64,000 nucleotides of DNA from positions 1-64,000 of IMG/VR virus record IMGVR_UViG_3300050821_006121; one strand, 5' to 3'. Of the stretch, positions 16,859 through 23,270 are shown one piece after another. The position numbers were made by a program, and so were the translations under genes. Within the stretch, counting starts at the first letter, position 1. Every line of letters begins with the position of its first letter. Below the pieces are notes generated by a model. It did no database searches. It was not told where the DNA came from and saw nothing but the letters and a program-made list of their open reading frames with translations. Source of the DNA: a virus.

Positions 16859-16939
16859 GTCCGCGTGGCGAAACGGTAGACGCACGACCTTGAGGAGGTC
16901 GCGCCTTACGGCGTGTCAGTTCAAATCTGACCGTGGACA
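16859..16939 (+). tRNA. tRNA-Leu(GAG)
   Basis: Acceptor GTCCGCG/CGTGGAC, loop tT-GAG-ga, long variable arm CGCCTTACGGCGT, encoded CCA. Confidence 0.75.
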
Positions 16940-16945
16940 CCAATT

Positions 16946-17017
16946 GCTCTGTTACGCATCTGTCGAGGCGGATCCGCTGTCTACGGATTGAGGAGGGTTA
17001 GATTCCCTTACAGAGCG
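16946..17017 (+). tRNA. tRNA-Asp(GTC)
   Basis: Acceptor GCTCTGT/ACAGAGC, anticodon hairpin ATCCG-cT-GTC-ta-CGGAT, encoded CCA. Confidence 0.7.
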
Positions 17018-17020
17018 CCA

Positions 17021-17093
17021 CAGAATGTAGCTCAGTAGGCAGAGCGCCTGTTTCGGGAACAGGAGGCCGCTGGTTCGAGACCAGCCATTCTGA
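17021..17093 (+). tRNA. tRNA-Pro(CGG)
   Basis: Acceptor CAGAATG/CATTCTG (C1-G72), loop tT-CGG-ga, encoded CCA. Confidence 0.75.
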
Positions 17094-17101
17094 CCATTTA
17101 C

Positions 17102-17172
17102 GGGCCTGTAGCTCAGTGGCCGAGCCGATCGCTCATAACGGTCTGACGTTGGTTCGATTCCAAACTGGCCCA
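17102..17172 (+). tRNA. tRNA-Met(CAT), elongator-type or Ile2
   Basis: Acceptor GGGCCTG/CTGGCCC with one mismatch, loop cT-CAT-aa, encoded CCA. Confidence 0.65.
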
Positions 17173-17195
17173 CCAACAAGCGCGAGGAGACTCTC

Positions 17196-17744
17196 ATGAA
17201 GAACCACCCCGCGCTGCTGCTCAACGCGGACTTCCAGCCGCTCAACCTGTTCCCGTTGTCGACGCTGCCCTGGGACCGTGCTATCAAGGGCGTCTACGAG
17301 GAGACCCACGCGGTCGTGGCCGAGTACGACGAAGTCGTGCGAAGCCCGTCGACCACCATGAGGATCCCCTCGGTCGTGGCGCTTCGCAAGTACTCCCCGG
17401 TCCCGCGCCACGTGGCCTTCACCAGGTTCAACGTGTTCTTGCGCGACAGGTTCAGGTGCCAGTACTGCGGCCAGAAGCACGCGTCGGCCGACCTCACATT
17501 CGACCACGTCGTGCCGCGGAGCCAGGGAGGCCAGACGTCCTGGGACAATGTCGTCGCGGCGTGCTCACCGTGCAACGTGCTCAAGGACGACGCCACGGTC
17601 ATGAGGCCGTTGAGGCAGCCCAGGGTGCCGACTGCCGGGGAATTGATGGCGGCGAAGCGCGCCTTCCCGCCGAGCTACCTGCACGAAACCTGGCTGGATT
17701 TTTTGTACTGGGACTCAAGTCTCAGCGAGAACGACGTCTCTTAG
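17196..17744 (+). CDS. HNH homing endonuclease inserted in the tRNA array
   Basis: Contains CQYCGQ..DHVVPRSQGGQTSWDNVVAACSPCNVLK. Starts 24 nt after the tRNA-Met, and its stop lies inside the next tRNA. Confidence 0.85.
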   Translation: MKNHPALLLNADFQPLNLFPLSTLPWDRAIKGVYEETHAVVAEYDEVVRSPSTTMRIPSVVALRKYSPVPRHVAFTRFNVFLRDRFRCQYCGQKHASADLTFDHVVPRSQGGQTSWDNVVAACSPCNVLKDDATVMRPLRQPRVPTAGELMAAKRAFPPSYLHETWLDFLYWDSSLSENDVS

Positions 17745-17807
17745 CGTAGTGGACAGCGCGCCGCCCTCCGAAGGCGGGGGTCGCCGGTTCGAATCCGGCA
17801 GAGACGG
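17735..17807 (+). tRNA. tRNA-Arg(CCG)
   Basis: Acceptor CGTCTCT/AGAGACG, anticodon hairpin CCGCC-cT-CCG-aa-GGCGG, encoded CCA. The 5' 10 nt overlap the end of the HNH ORF. Confidence 0.7.
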
Positions 17808-17814
17808 CCAATAC

Positions 17815-17901
17815 GGAGGAGAGAAGCGGAAGGGTTTCCGTCGTGCTCTTGAAAAGCAAGGGTGCCCATTGGGCATGGAGTTCGAATCTACCCCTCCTCC
17901 G
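17815..17901 (+). tRNA. tRNA-Ser(TGA)
   Basis: Acceptor GGAGGAG/CTCCTCC, loop cT-TGA-aa, variable arm TGCCC-att-GGGCA, encoded CCA. The T stem is imperfect. Confidence 0.65.
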
Positions 17902-17977
17902 CCACCATTATCTCGCAAGCACGGACGTACTGTAGCGAAGCCATGGAGTTAGTAGCCTGGCACAATTACGATAGGAC

Positions 17978-18580
17978 ATGTCTATGATGTACACTATCTA
18001 CCAGACGACAAATACGCTCAATGGTAAAACTTATGTTGGGAAGCATCAGACCGATGAGCCATACGACACATATATGGGGTCAGGTATAGCAATTTATCGA
18101 GCTATATCAAAATATGGTAGAGAAAACTTTACTAAGCGTGTTCTTTATACTTTCGAATTTGAGTGGCAAATGAATTTAGCAGAACGTATTCTTGTTGTTC
18201 CTGATTACGAACTGTCTTACAATTTGGGGCCTGGTGGTGAGGGTGGACCTCATTTTCGTGGCCGTAAGCACTCTGATTTGACTGTGCAAAAAATCAAAGA
18301 AACAAGAAAACAACGCGGCCATGACGTCAAGGTGTTTAAGCCCAAACCTGTAAAGATAAAAGTCATTGTTCCACGCGGCGCAGATCACATACTATCGAAA
18401 ACACGTCATCCTGTAAAAGGAGAGAAACTTTCTTCTGAATGGAAAGAAAATATCCGAACATCTATGACTGGAAAGCATAGATCAGAAGAAACAAAGGCAA
18501 AACTTAGCGCAGCATTCAAGGGCCGCGTGCCTTGGAATAAAGGTTTAAAGTTTAACGCGGAGAAAAGCACCGGGAGCTAA
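17978..18580 (+). CDS. GIY-YIG homing endonuclease inserted in the tRNA array
   Basis: YTIYQTTNTLNGKTYVGKH is the GIY-YIG core, with NUMOD3-like repeats. Strongly AT-rich. The last 25 nt overlap the next tRNA. Confidence 0.85.
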   Translation: MSMMYTIYQTTNTLNGKTYVGKHQTDEPYDTYMGSGIAIYRAISKYGRENFTKRVLYTFEFEWQMNLAERILVVPDYELSYNLGPGGEGGPHFRGRKHSDLTVQKIKETRKQRGHDVKVFKPKPVKIKVIVPRGADHILSKTRHPVKGEKLSSEWKENIRTSMTGKHRSEETKAKLSAAFKGRVPWNKGLKFNAEKSTGS

Positions 18581-18629
18581 CGAGCCTCATAAGCTCGTAA
18601 CCTAGTGAGTTCGATTCTCACCTCCGCAA
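18556..18629 (+). tRNA. Initiator-like tRNA-fMet(CAT)
   Basis: Acceptor CGCGGAG/CTCCGCA has the C1.A72 mismatch and ends ..GCAACCA, as in bacterial tRNA-fMet. Loop cT-CAT-aa. Confidence 0.65.
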
Positions 18630-18637
18630 CCAACTAC

Positions 18638-18719
18638 GGGTGTCGTCAAGTCTGGTGACTGAGGGGCTCTGTAAAAGCTCCGCCTTCGGGCACGCCGAGT
18701 TCGATCCTCGGGACACCCA
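18638..18719 (+). tRNA. tRNA-Tyr(GTA)
   Basis: Acceptor GGGTGTC/GACACCC, loop cT-GTA-aa, long variable arm, encoded CCA. Confidence 0.75.
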
Positions 18720-18723
18720 CCAC

Positions 18724-18795
18724 GCGGACGTAGCTCAGGGGCAGAGCGCAACCTTGCCAAGGTTGATGTCGTCAGTTCGATTCTGATCGTCCGCT
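18724..18795 (+). tRNA. tRNA-Gly(GCC)
   Basis: Acceptor GCGGACG/CGTCCGC, loop tT-GCC-aa, encoded CCA. Confidence 0.75.
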
Positions 18796-18802
18796 CCAAT
18801 TC

Positions 18803-18875
18803 GTCTCATAAGCTAATCTGGTGAAAGCGTCTGCCTGAAGAGCAGAAGAGCGTGGATCGAAACCACGATGAGACA
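18803..18875 (+). tRNA. tRNA-Phe(GAA)
   Basis: Acceptor GTCTCAT/ATGAGAC, loop cT-GAA-ga, encoded CCA. Confidence 0.75.
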
Positions 18876-18882
18876 CCACATC

Positions 18883-18951
18883 GGGCCGGGCTTCGGGAAG
18901 CAGGGACGCCTTGCAAGCATCTCGTTCTCAGTTCAACTCTGAGTCGGTCCA
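18883..18951 (+). tRNA. tRNA-Ala(TGC)
   Basis: Acceptor GGGCCGG/TCGGTCC includes G3.U70. Loop cT-TGC-aa, encoded CCA. Short D arm (69 nt total). Confidence 0.65.
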
Positions 18952-18961
18952 CCATATCTAT

Positions 18962-19037
18962 TGCCGTAAAGCCGAGCTAGGTGCACGGACTCGCCTGTTA
19001 AGCGATGATTAGCCCGGTTCGAATCCGGGGACGGCAG
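18962..19037 (+). tRNA. tRNA-Asn(GTT)
   Basis: Acceptor TGCCGTA/GACGGCA, loop cT-GTT-aa, encoded CCA. Confidence 0.7.
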
Positions 19038-19044
19038 CCAACAC

Positions 19045-19117
19045 GTCTCCATCTTCTAGCGACCCAGGAAATCGCCCTCTCACGGCGAGAACGCGGGTTT
19101 AAATCCCGCTGGAGACT
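19045..19117 (+). tRNA. tRNA-Glu(CTC)
   Basis: Acceptor GTCTCCA/TGGAGAC, loop cT-CTC-ac, encoded CCA. Confidence 0.7.
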
Positions 19118-19124
19118 CCACTAT

Positions 19125-19197
19125 CTTCTCGTAGCTCAATGGAGGAGCGCCCGGCTACGAACCGGGAGGAATGCAGGTTCGACCCCTGTCGGGAAGA
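19125..19197 (+). tRNA. tRNA-Arg(ACG)
   Basis: Acceptor CTTCTCG/CGGGAAG, loop cT-ACG-aa, encoded CCA. Confidence 0.7.
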
Positions 19198-19205
19198 CCA
19201 CCTAA

Positions 19206-19279
19206 CTGTGCGTAGCTCAGGCTGGTAGAGCGCCTGCTTTGGGAGCAGGATGTCGCGAGTTCGATTCCCGCCGCACAGA
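19206..19279 (+). tRNA. tRNA-Pro(TGG)
   Basis: Acceptor CTGTGCG/CGCACAG (C1-G72), loop tT-TGG-ga, encoded CCA. Confidence 0.75.
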
Positions 19280-19285
19280 CCAACT

Positions 19286-19356
19286 GCCTCTTTCGTTCAA
19301 AGGTAGGACGGCACGCTCTGAACGTGCAGACGGTGGATCGATACCATCAAGGGGTG
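19286..19356 (+). tRNA. tRNA-Gln(CTG)
   Basis: Acceptor GCCTCTT/AAGGGGT, loop cT-CTG-aa, encoded CCA. Confidence 0.7.
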
Positions 19357-19363
19357 CCAATAC

Positions 19364-19433
19364 GAGCAGATGCCCGAGTGGTTAGGGAGCGCTCTGCAAA
19401 AGCGTTTACGACAGTTCGATTCTGTCTCTGCTC
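19364..19433 (+). tRNA. tRNA-Cys(GCA)
   Basis: Acceptor GAGCAGA/TCTGCTC, loop cT-GCA-aa, encoded CCA. Confidence 0.7.
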
Positions 19434-19441
19434 TCCAATAC

Positions 19442-19516
19442 GGTTCCGTGGCTCGAATGGATAGGCATCCGCCTTCTAAGCGGACTTTGACGGAGGTTCG
19501 AATCCTCCCGGAATCG
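19442..19516 (+). tRNA. tRNA-Arg(TCT)
   Basis: Acceptor GGTTCCG/CGGAATC, loop cT-TCT-aa, T-arm GGAGG-TTCGAAT-CCTCC. Confidence 0.75.
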
Positions 19517-19517
19517 C

Positions 19518-19590
19518 GGTCACGTAGCTCAGCGGATAGAGCGTCCCGGTCCTAACGGGAAGGTCGCCAGTTCGAATCTGGCCGTGATCT
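19518..19590 (+). tRNA. tRNA-Arg(CCT)
   Basis: Acceptor GGTCACG/CGTGATC, loop gT-CCT-aa, encoded CCA. Confidence 0.75.
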
Positions 19591-19598
19591 CCAGATAA

Positions 19599-19683
19599 GG
19601 AACGTTGGGTGAGAGGATTAAACCACCTCCCTGCTAAGGAGGCAGACCGCAAGGTCTCCAGAGTTCAAATCTCTGACGTTCCG
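19599..19683 (+). tRNA. tRNA-Ser(GCT)
   Basis: Acceptor GGAACGT/ACGTTCC, loop cT-GCT-aa, long variable arm, encoded CCA. Confidence 0.75.
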
Positions 19684-19691
19684 CCATCTAC

Positions 19692-19763
19692 GCGGGCTTG
19701 GGTCATTGGCTGATCGGCGCCCTTCCAAGGCGTTCTAAAGGGGTTCGATTCCTCTAGCCCGCA
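19692..19763 (+). tRNA. tRNA-Gly(TCC)
   Basis: Acceptor GCGGGCT/AGCCCGC, loop cT-TCC-aa. Confidence 0.75.
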
Positions 19764-19764
19764 C

Positions 19765-19836
19765 GCCACGTTCGTCTAGCGGAAGGACGCTTGCCTTTCA
19801 AGCAGGAGAACATCAGTTCGAATCTGATACGTGGCT
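19765..19836 (+). tRNA. tRNA-Glu(TTC)
   Basis: Acceptor GCCACGT/ACGTGGC, loop cT-TTC-aa, encoded CCA. Confidence 0.75.
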
Positions 19837-19846
19837 CCATCTTTGT

Positions 19847-19914
19847 TGCGGGACCTTCGGCAAGGAAGCGGGTCTTTGAAACCCGCCAAGAGGGGTCGGC
19901 ACCCTCGCCCGCTG
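19847..19914 (+). tRNA. tRNA-Gln(TTG)
   Basis: Anticodon hairpin CGGGT-cT-TTG-aa-ACCCG, T-arm GAGGG-GTCGGCA-CCCTC, encoded CCA. The 1-72 and 7-66 pairs are weak. 68 nt. Confidence 0.55.
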
Positions 19915-19921
19915 CCAACAA

Positions 19922-19993
19922 CGCTCGACCTCGGTGGGGCAGGGGTCCTCTCTCATAAGGAGGTCCAGGCCGGTTCGACCCCGGCACGAGCGA
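19922..19993 (+). tRNA. tRNA with anticodon CAT (elongator Met or lysidine-type Ile2)
   Basis: Acceptor CGCTCGA/ACGAGCG, loop cT-CAT-aa, encoded CCA. Confidence 0.7.
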
Positions 19994-20000
19994 CCAATGA

Positions 20001-20073
20001 GCCGGTTAGGCCGATCAGGTGATGGCGCAGGTCTGTGGAACCTGTCAGGCTGGATCGATACCAGCAGCCGGTA
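20001..20073 (+). tRNA. tRNA-His(GTG), A73, no encoded G-1
   Basis: Acceptor GCCGGTT/AGCCGGT, loop cT-GTG-ga. Position -1 is A and the discriminator is A. Confidence 0.7.
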
Positions 20074-20074
20074 C

Positions 20075-20145
20075 GGGAGTGTGGTTCAACGGCAGAACGT
20101 CGGTCTCCAAAACCGAAGACCAGGGTTCGACACCTTGCACTCTCG
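20075..20145 (+). tRNA. tRNA-Trp(CCA)
   Basis: Acceptor GGGAGTG/CACTCTC, loop cT-CCA-aa, encoded CCA. Confidence 0.75.
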
Positions 20146-20184
20146 CCACTATTCTGGGCCAATCACAATGATCGAAAAAAGGGC

Positions 20185-20213
20185 TTTACGGCCCCCAGGC
20201 GATAGGCTATAGT
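20185..20213 (+). promoter_or_regulatory. Phage promoter GGGCTTTACG-N17-TATAGT
   Basis: Motif family member. The predicted TSS at about 20220/20221 coincides with the first base of the Y-RNA-like stem. Confidence 0.6.
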
Positions 20214-20220
20214 GCTGTTC

Positions 20221-20292
20221 GTGGGCGAGCCCCAGGACTTCGGTTATCAGGAAAATGACACACCGATATCCACCTACTGCGCTCGCCCGCAC
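20221..20292 (+). ncRNA. Y-RNA-like ncRNA 1
   Basis: Terminal helix GTGGGCGAGC / GCTCGCCC(GC)AC. Shares the conserved 5' GAGCCCCAG and 3' CTGCGCTC(G/A) halves, which form a bulged helix, with the two following modules. Confidence 0.6.
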
Positions 20293-20297
20293 TACTA

Positions 20298-20457
20298 CGC
20301 TGCCTCCGGGGCGCGAGCCCCAGAGTGTTGGTTATCCCTTGTAAGGAGGTGGTCGTCGGTTCGAATCCGACCGCAGGGCTGAAAGGTCTCGCGTAGCTCA
20401 GCGGTAGAGCACCTAAACCCGACGCTCGATTCTGCGCTCGTGCCCACGGAGGCAGCG
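20298..20457 (+). ncRNA. YrlA-like Y RNA 2 with permuted tRNA-like domain
   Basis: About 20-bp terminal helix (CGCTGCCTCCGGGGCGCGAGC / GCTCGTGCCCACGGAGGCAGCG). The interior holds a T-arm GTCGG-TTCGAAT-CCGAC, a closed acceptor-like hairpin, then a D-arm GCTC-AGCGGTA-GAGC. Confidence 0.7.
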
Positions 20458-20467
20458 ACTAGACGAC

Positions 20468-20576
20468 GTGACGACAGGTGATGAGCCCCAGGTTATCGGT
20501 TATCTTGGTTCGACTCCAAGACCCTTAAAACAGGTCTGTTCCGATCTCCGACACTGCGCTCATCTCCTGTCCTCAC
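20468..20576 (+). ncRNA. Y-RNA-like ncRNA 3
   Basis: 19-bp terminal helix GTGACGACAGGTGATGAGC / GCTCATCTCCTGTCCTCAC with two mismatches. Interior T-arm-like CTTGG-TTCGACT-CCAAG. Ends 23 nt before the rsr ATG. Confidence 0.6.
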
Positions 20577-20598
20577 CAACCTACAGGAGGGTAGACCC

Positions 20599-22185
20599 AT
20601 GGGACGATACGCAAACCTGGCCCGCCAGCCGGTTCCGCAGTCGGAGCCGCTGACCGCTGCGCAGGTCAAGAACAATGCCGGTGGCTTCGTCTACGCGCTG
20701 GACGACTGGAAGCGCTTGGAGCGCTTCCTGATCCTCGGCAGCGACTCGTCGACATACTACCAGAAGGCCCGCGACCTCACGCGCGAGAACGCCGCGTGCG
20801 TCGAGCGGTGCTGGAAGGCCAACCCGGAGCGGACGGCCGCCGTCATCGCGGACATCTCCAAGGACGGCCGAGCCCCGAAGAACGACCCCGCGATCTTCGC
20901 TCTGGCCCTGGGCGCCTCGAACGCCCTCCCGGCAGTGCGAGCCGCAGCCCTGGGCGCTATGCCGGCGGTCTGCCGCACCTCGACCCACCTCTTTATGTTC
21001 GTCGACTGCTGCCGGGCCCTGGGCCGCGGCTGGGGACGCGCGATGAAGCGCGCCGTGGCAGCCTGGTACGAGAGCCGGACGCCGGACAACCTGGCCTACC
21101 AGGTCGTCAAGTACCGCCAGCGCGAGTCCTACACCCACAAGCGCCTGATCGAGTCGAGCCACGCGCGCTCCCTCGGCTCTCCCGAGAGAGCGGCCGTGTA
21201 TCGCTGGGCGCGTGGCAAGCAGGACTGGCTCCCCGACCAGATCGAGGCGTGCCCGCTCATCATCCGCCAGCACGTGGGTGCCATGGCGGCCACCGACGCC
21301 GCGACCGTCGCCAAGTACGCCACGGTACTGCCGTGGGAGGCGCTGCCGACCGAGTTCGTCCGCAGCCCGGAGGTCACGCGCGCCCTCCTCCCGTTCATGG
21401 GCCTGGGCGCCCTGGTGCGCCAGCTGGGCATCATGACCGGGTCCGGCGTGATCGCGCCCCTGTCGTCGGAGGCGCGGCTGGTGGCCGACCGCCTGGGCGA
21501 CGCTGCCGAGATCAAGAAGGCTCGCCTGCACCCGTTCAACATCCTCCTGGCTCTGGCGACCTACAACCAGGGCCACGGCCACCTGGGAAAGGCTTCTTGG
21601 ACCCCGATGCCGGTGGTCCAGGACGCGCTTGAGGCCGCCTTCTACGCGTCCTTCGCCACTATCGCGCCTTCCGGCGCCCGGACCCTGATCGGGCTGGACG
21701 TGTCGGGATCGATGTCGTCTCCGCTCATGGGCTCGCCGCTGACCGTGTGCGAGGGCGCCGCGGCCATGGCCATGGCGACCATGAGGGCCGAGAAGAACTG
21801 GCACGTCATGGCCTTCGACCGGGGCTTGCGCGACCTGCGGCTGACCGCCAAGATGAGCCTGAGCGACGTGACCGAGAAGACCCGCAACGTCAACGGCGGC
21901 GGCACCGACTGCGCCTTGCCGATGCTATGGGCCCTGGAGAACAAGGTCGACGTCGACGTGTTCCAGATATTCACGGACAACGAGACGTGGGCCGGCCACG
22001 TTCACCCGTCCAAGGCGCTGCAGCACTACCGCCAGGGCCGGGGAATCGCGGCCAGGCTGGTCGTGGCAGGAATGACGTCCACTGGCTTCACGATCGCCGA
22101 CCCCCAGGACGGCGGCATGATGGATGTCGTGGGCTTCGACAGCGCCGCGCCGGCCGTGATCGCCGACTTCAGCCTGCCGAACTGA
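20599..22185 (+). CDS. rsr: Ro60 orthologue Rsr (TROVE domain plus vWA domain)
   Basis: NNAGGFVYALDDWKRLERFLILGSDSSTYY is the TROVE signature and GLDVSGSMSSP is a vWA MIDAS motif. 528 aa. SD GGAGGG. Confidence 0.9.
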   Translation: MGRYANLARQPVPQSEPLTAAQVKNNAGGFVYALDDWKRLERFLILGSDSSTYYQKARDLTRENAACVERCWKANPERTAAVIADISKDGRAPKNDPAIFALALGASNALPAVRAAALGAMPAVCRTSTHLFMFVDCCRALGRGWGRAMKRAVAAWYESRTPDNLAYQVVKYRQRESYTHKRLIESSHARSLGSPERAAVYRWARGKQDWLPDQIEACPLIIRQHVGAMAATDAATVAKYATVLPWEALPTEFVRSPEVTRALLPFMGLGALVRQLGIMTGSGVIAPLSSEARLVADRLGDAAEIKKARLHPFNILLALATYNQGHGHLGKASWTPMPVVQDALEAAFYASFATIAPSGARTLIGLDVSGSMSSPLMGSPLTVCEGAAAMAMATMRAEKNWHVMAFDRGLRDLRLTAKMSLSDVTEKTRNVNGGGTDCALPMLWALENKVDVDVFQIFTDNETWAGHVHPSKALQHYRQGRGIAARLVVAGMTSTGFTIADPQDGGMMDVVGFDSAAPAVIADFSLPN

Positions 22186-22189
22186 GCGC

Positions 22190-22218
22190 TTTACTACCCT
22201 CCCCTTGGAGGGTAGTAT
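22190..22218 (+). promoter_or_regulatory. Phage promoter GCTTTACT-N17-TAGTAT
   Basis: Motif family member upstream of 22243, which has SD AGGAGAG. Confidence 0.5.
22193..22216 (+). terminator. 10-bp hairpin after rsr, embedded in the next promoter's spacer
   Basis: ACTACCCTCC-cctt-GGAGGGTAGT starts 8 nt after the rsr stop. No T-run follows. Confidence 0.35.
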
Positions 22219-22242
22219 CTCGACCTGCACAGGAGAGCAGTT

Positions 22243-22449
22243 ATGAAAAGCCCGAACATGAGCATCCACCCGCACCGGTGGGACTACGGCAGCGACTACC
22301 GGCGGTCGAACACCGCCAAGCCCCGGTCGCGGTCCAAGCTGGAGCGCCAGCTCAAGAGCATCGAGGGCCACCTCGAAACGCATCCCCAAGACCACATGAG
22401 TCGGACCCGGGTCGATGCCATCAAGTCAGCCATGGCAGAACTCCGATGA
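22243..22449 (+). CDS. Hypothetical protein
   Basis: 68-aa ORF with an SD and an ATGA overlap with the next gene. Confidence 0.55.
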   Translation: MKSPNMSIHPHRWDYGSDYRRSNTAKPRSRSKLERQLKSIEGHLETHPQDHMSRTRVDAIKSAMAELR

Positions 22450-23045
22450 ATCAGCCATCGCCCGCCCTAGCCGCCGCCATGCGCGGGAACCAGAGCCCCC
22501 TTCCCGAGGACAAACTCGACGCGCTCCGCGACATGGCCCGCCAATTACGGGACAAGGAAAAAGAGATCGCCGACCTCGACGAGCGGATCAAGGCCACCAA
22601 GGCCGAGGTCGCCGAGATACGCACGAAAAAGCTGGTCGACCTCATGGCCGAGGTCGGCGTTGACAGAGTCGGCCTCCCGGCCGAGGGCAACTACCCGGCG
22701 TGCGACGCCGAGCTCAAGCCCTACTACCACGCGGTCATATCAGCGGACTGGGAGCCCGAGCGGCGCCAGGCCGCCTTCGCGTGGCTCGACAGCGCGGGCC
22801 ACGGCGACCTTATCAAAACTGCAATAACAGTTTTGATACCACGTGACGACCGCGCCATGGCCAAGAGCATCGAGCTCTACCTGGAGCAGACCGGCGTCCA
22901 GCACACGGTCCTGCTCGACGTGCCCTGGAACACGCTCACGGCGTTCGTGAAGGAGCAGGTCGAGAAGTACCACCGCACGCCGCCCCTGGAGACCCTGGGG
23001 GCCACGGTGGGGCAGGTGGTCAAGCTCAAAGTCAGAAAGGAATAG
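22446..23045 (+). CDS. Coiled-coil protein, possible recombination accessory factor
   Basis: ATG at 22446 within the 21747..23045 ORF; the upstream part of that ORF overlaps rsr out of frame. Precedes the SSB-like gene. Confidence 0.55.
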   Translation: MNQPSPALAAAMRGNQSPLPEDKLDALRDMARQLRDKEKEIADLDERIKATKAEVAEIRTKKLVDLMAEVGVDRVGLPAEGNYPACDAELKPYYHAVISADWEPERRQAAFAWLDSAGHGDLIKTAITVLIPRDDRAMAKSIELYLEQTGVQHTVLLDVPWNTLTAFVKEQVEKYHRTPPLETLGATVGQVVKLKVRKE

Positions 23046-23048
23046 ATC

Positions 23049-23252
23049 ATGGGCGGAGGATGCGCAGAAGCCAACTATCAAAATCAAGTCGCGCAACGAA
23101 GAATGTCAGCGAAAGACGGCGGCACCGAACTCGCTAAACTCATGGATCGACATCTTGACTGCAGGGTCGATCCTGTTGCGCTTCGCCTTTTCATCGTGGC
23201 ATACTGGAGCAGAGTCTCTCTGTGTGCCCACGCAATTCACGACGAGACCTAA
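23049..23252 (+). CDS. Hypothetical protein
   Basis: 67-aa ORF filling the gap in a lower-GC stretch. The start is uncertain (alternative ATG at 23103). Confidence 0.4.
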   Translation: MGGGCAEANYQNQVAQRRMSAKDGGTELAKLMDRHLDCRVDPVALRLFIVAYWSRVSLCAHAIHDET

Positions 23253-23270
23253 CCACAAACAGGAGGACCA

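Noticed and set aside
16254-17287. ORFs of 111-172 aa across the tRNA array, with similar ones at 18602-20212
   Set aside because: Back-to-back tRNA genes explain the sequence. The ORFs have no coding periodicity.
16049-20145. Regular spacing of about 75-85 bp with the recurring GGTTCGA(A/G)TCC motif, which could be mistaken for a CRISPR-like or tandem-repeat array
   Set aside because: The conserved unit is the tRNA T-arm. The intervening sequences fold as cloverleaves, not as spacers.
20340-20425. A possible 37th tRNA (T-arm GTCGG-TTCGAAT-CCGAC and D-arm GCTCAGCGGTAGAGC)
   Set aside because: The elements are in permuted order (T-arm before D-arm) and are enclosed by a long helix. This is interpreted as the tRNA-like domain of a YrlA-type Y RNA.
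20581-21804. 407-aa minus-strand ORF, plus the 278-aa and 432-aa alternative plus-frame ORFs over rsr
   Set aside because: These are shadow frames of the unambiguous TROVE/vWA gene. Only the 22446..23045 tail of the 432-aa ORF is accepted as a separate gene.
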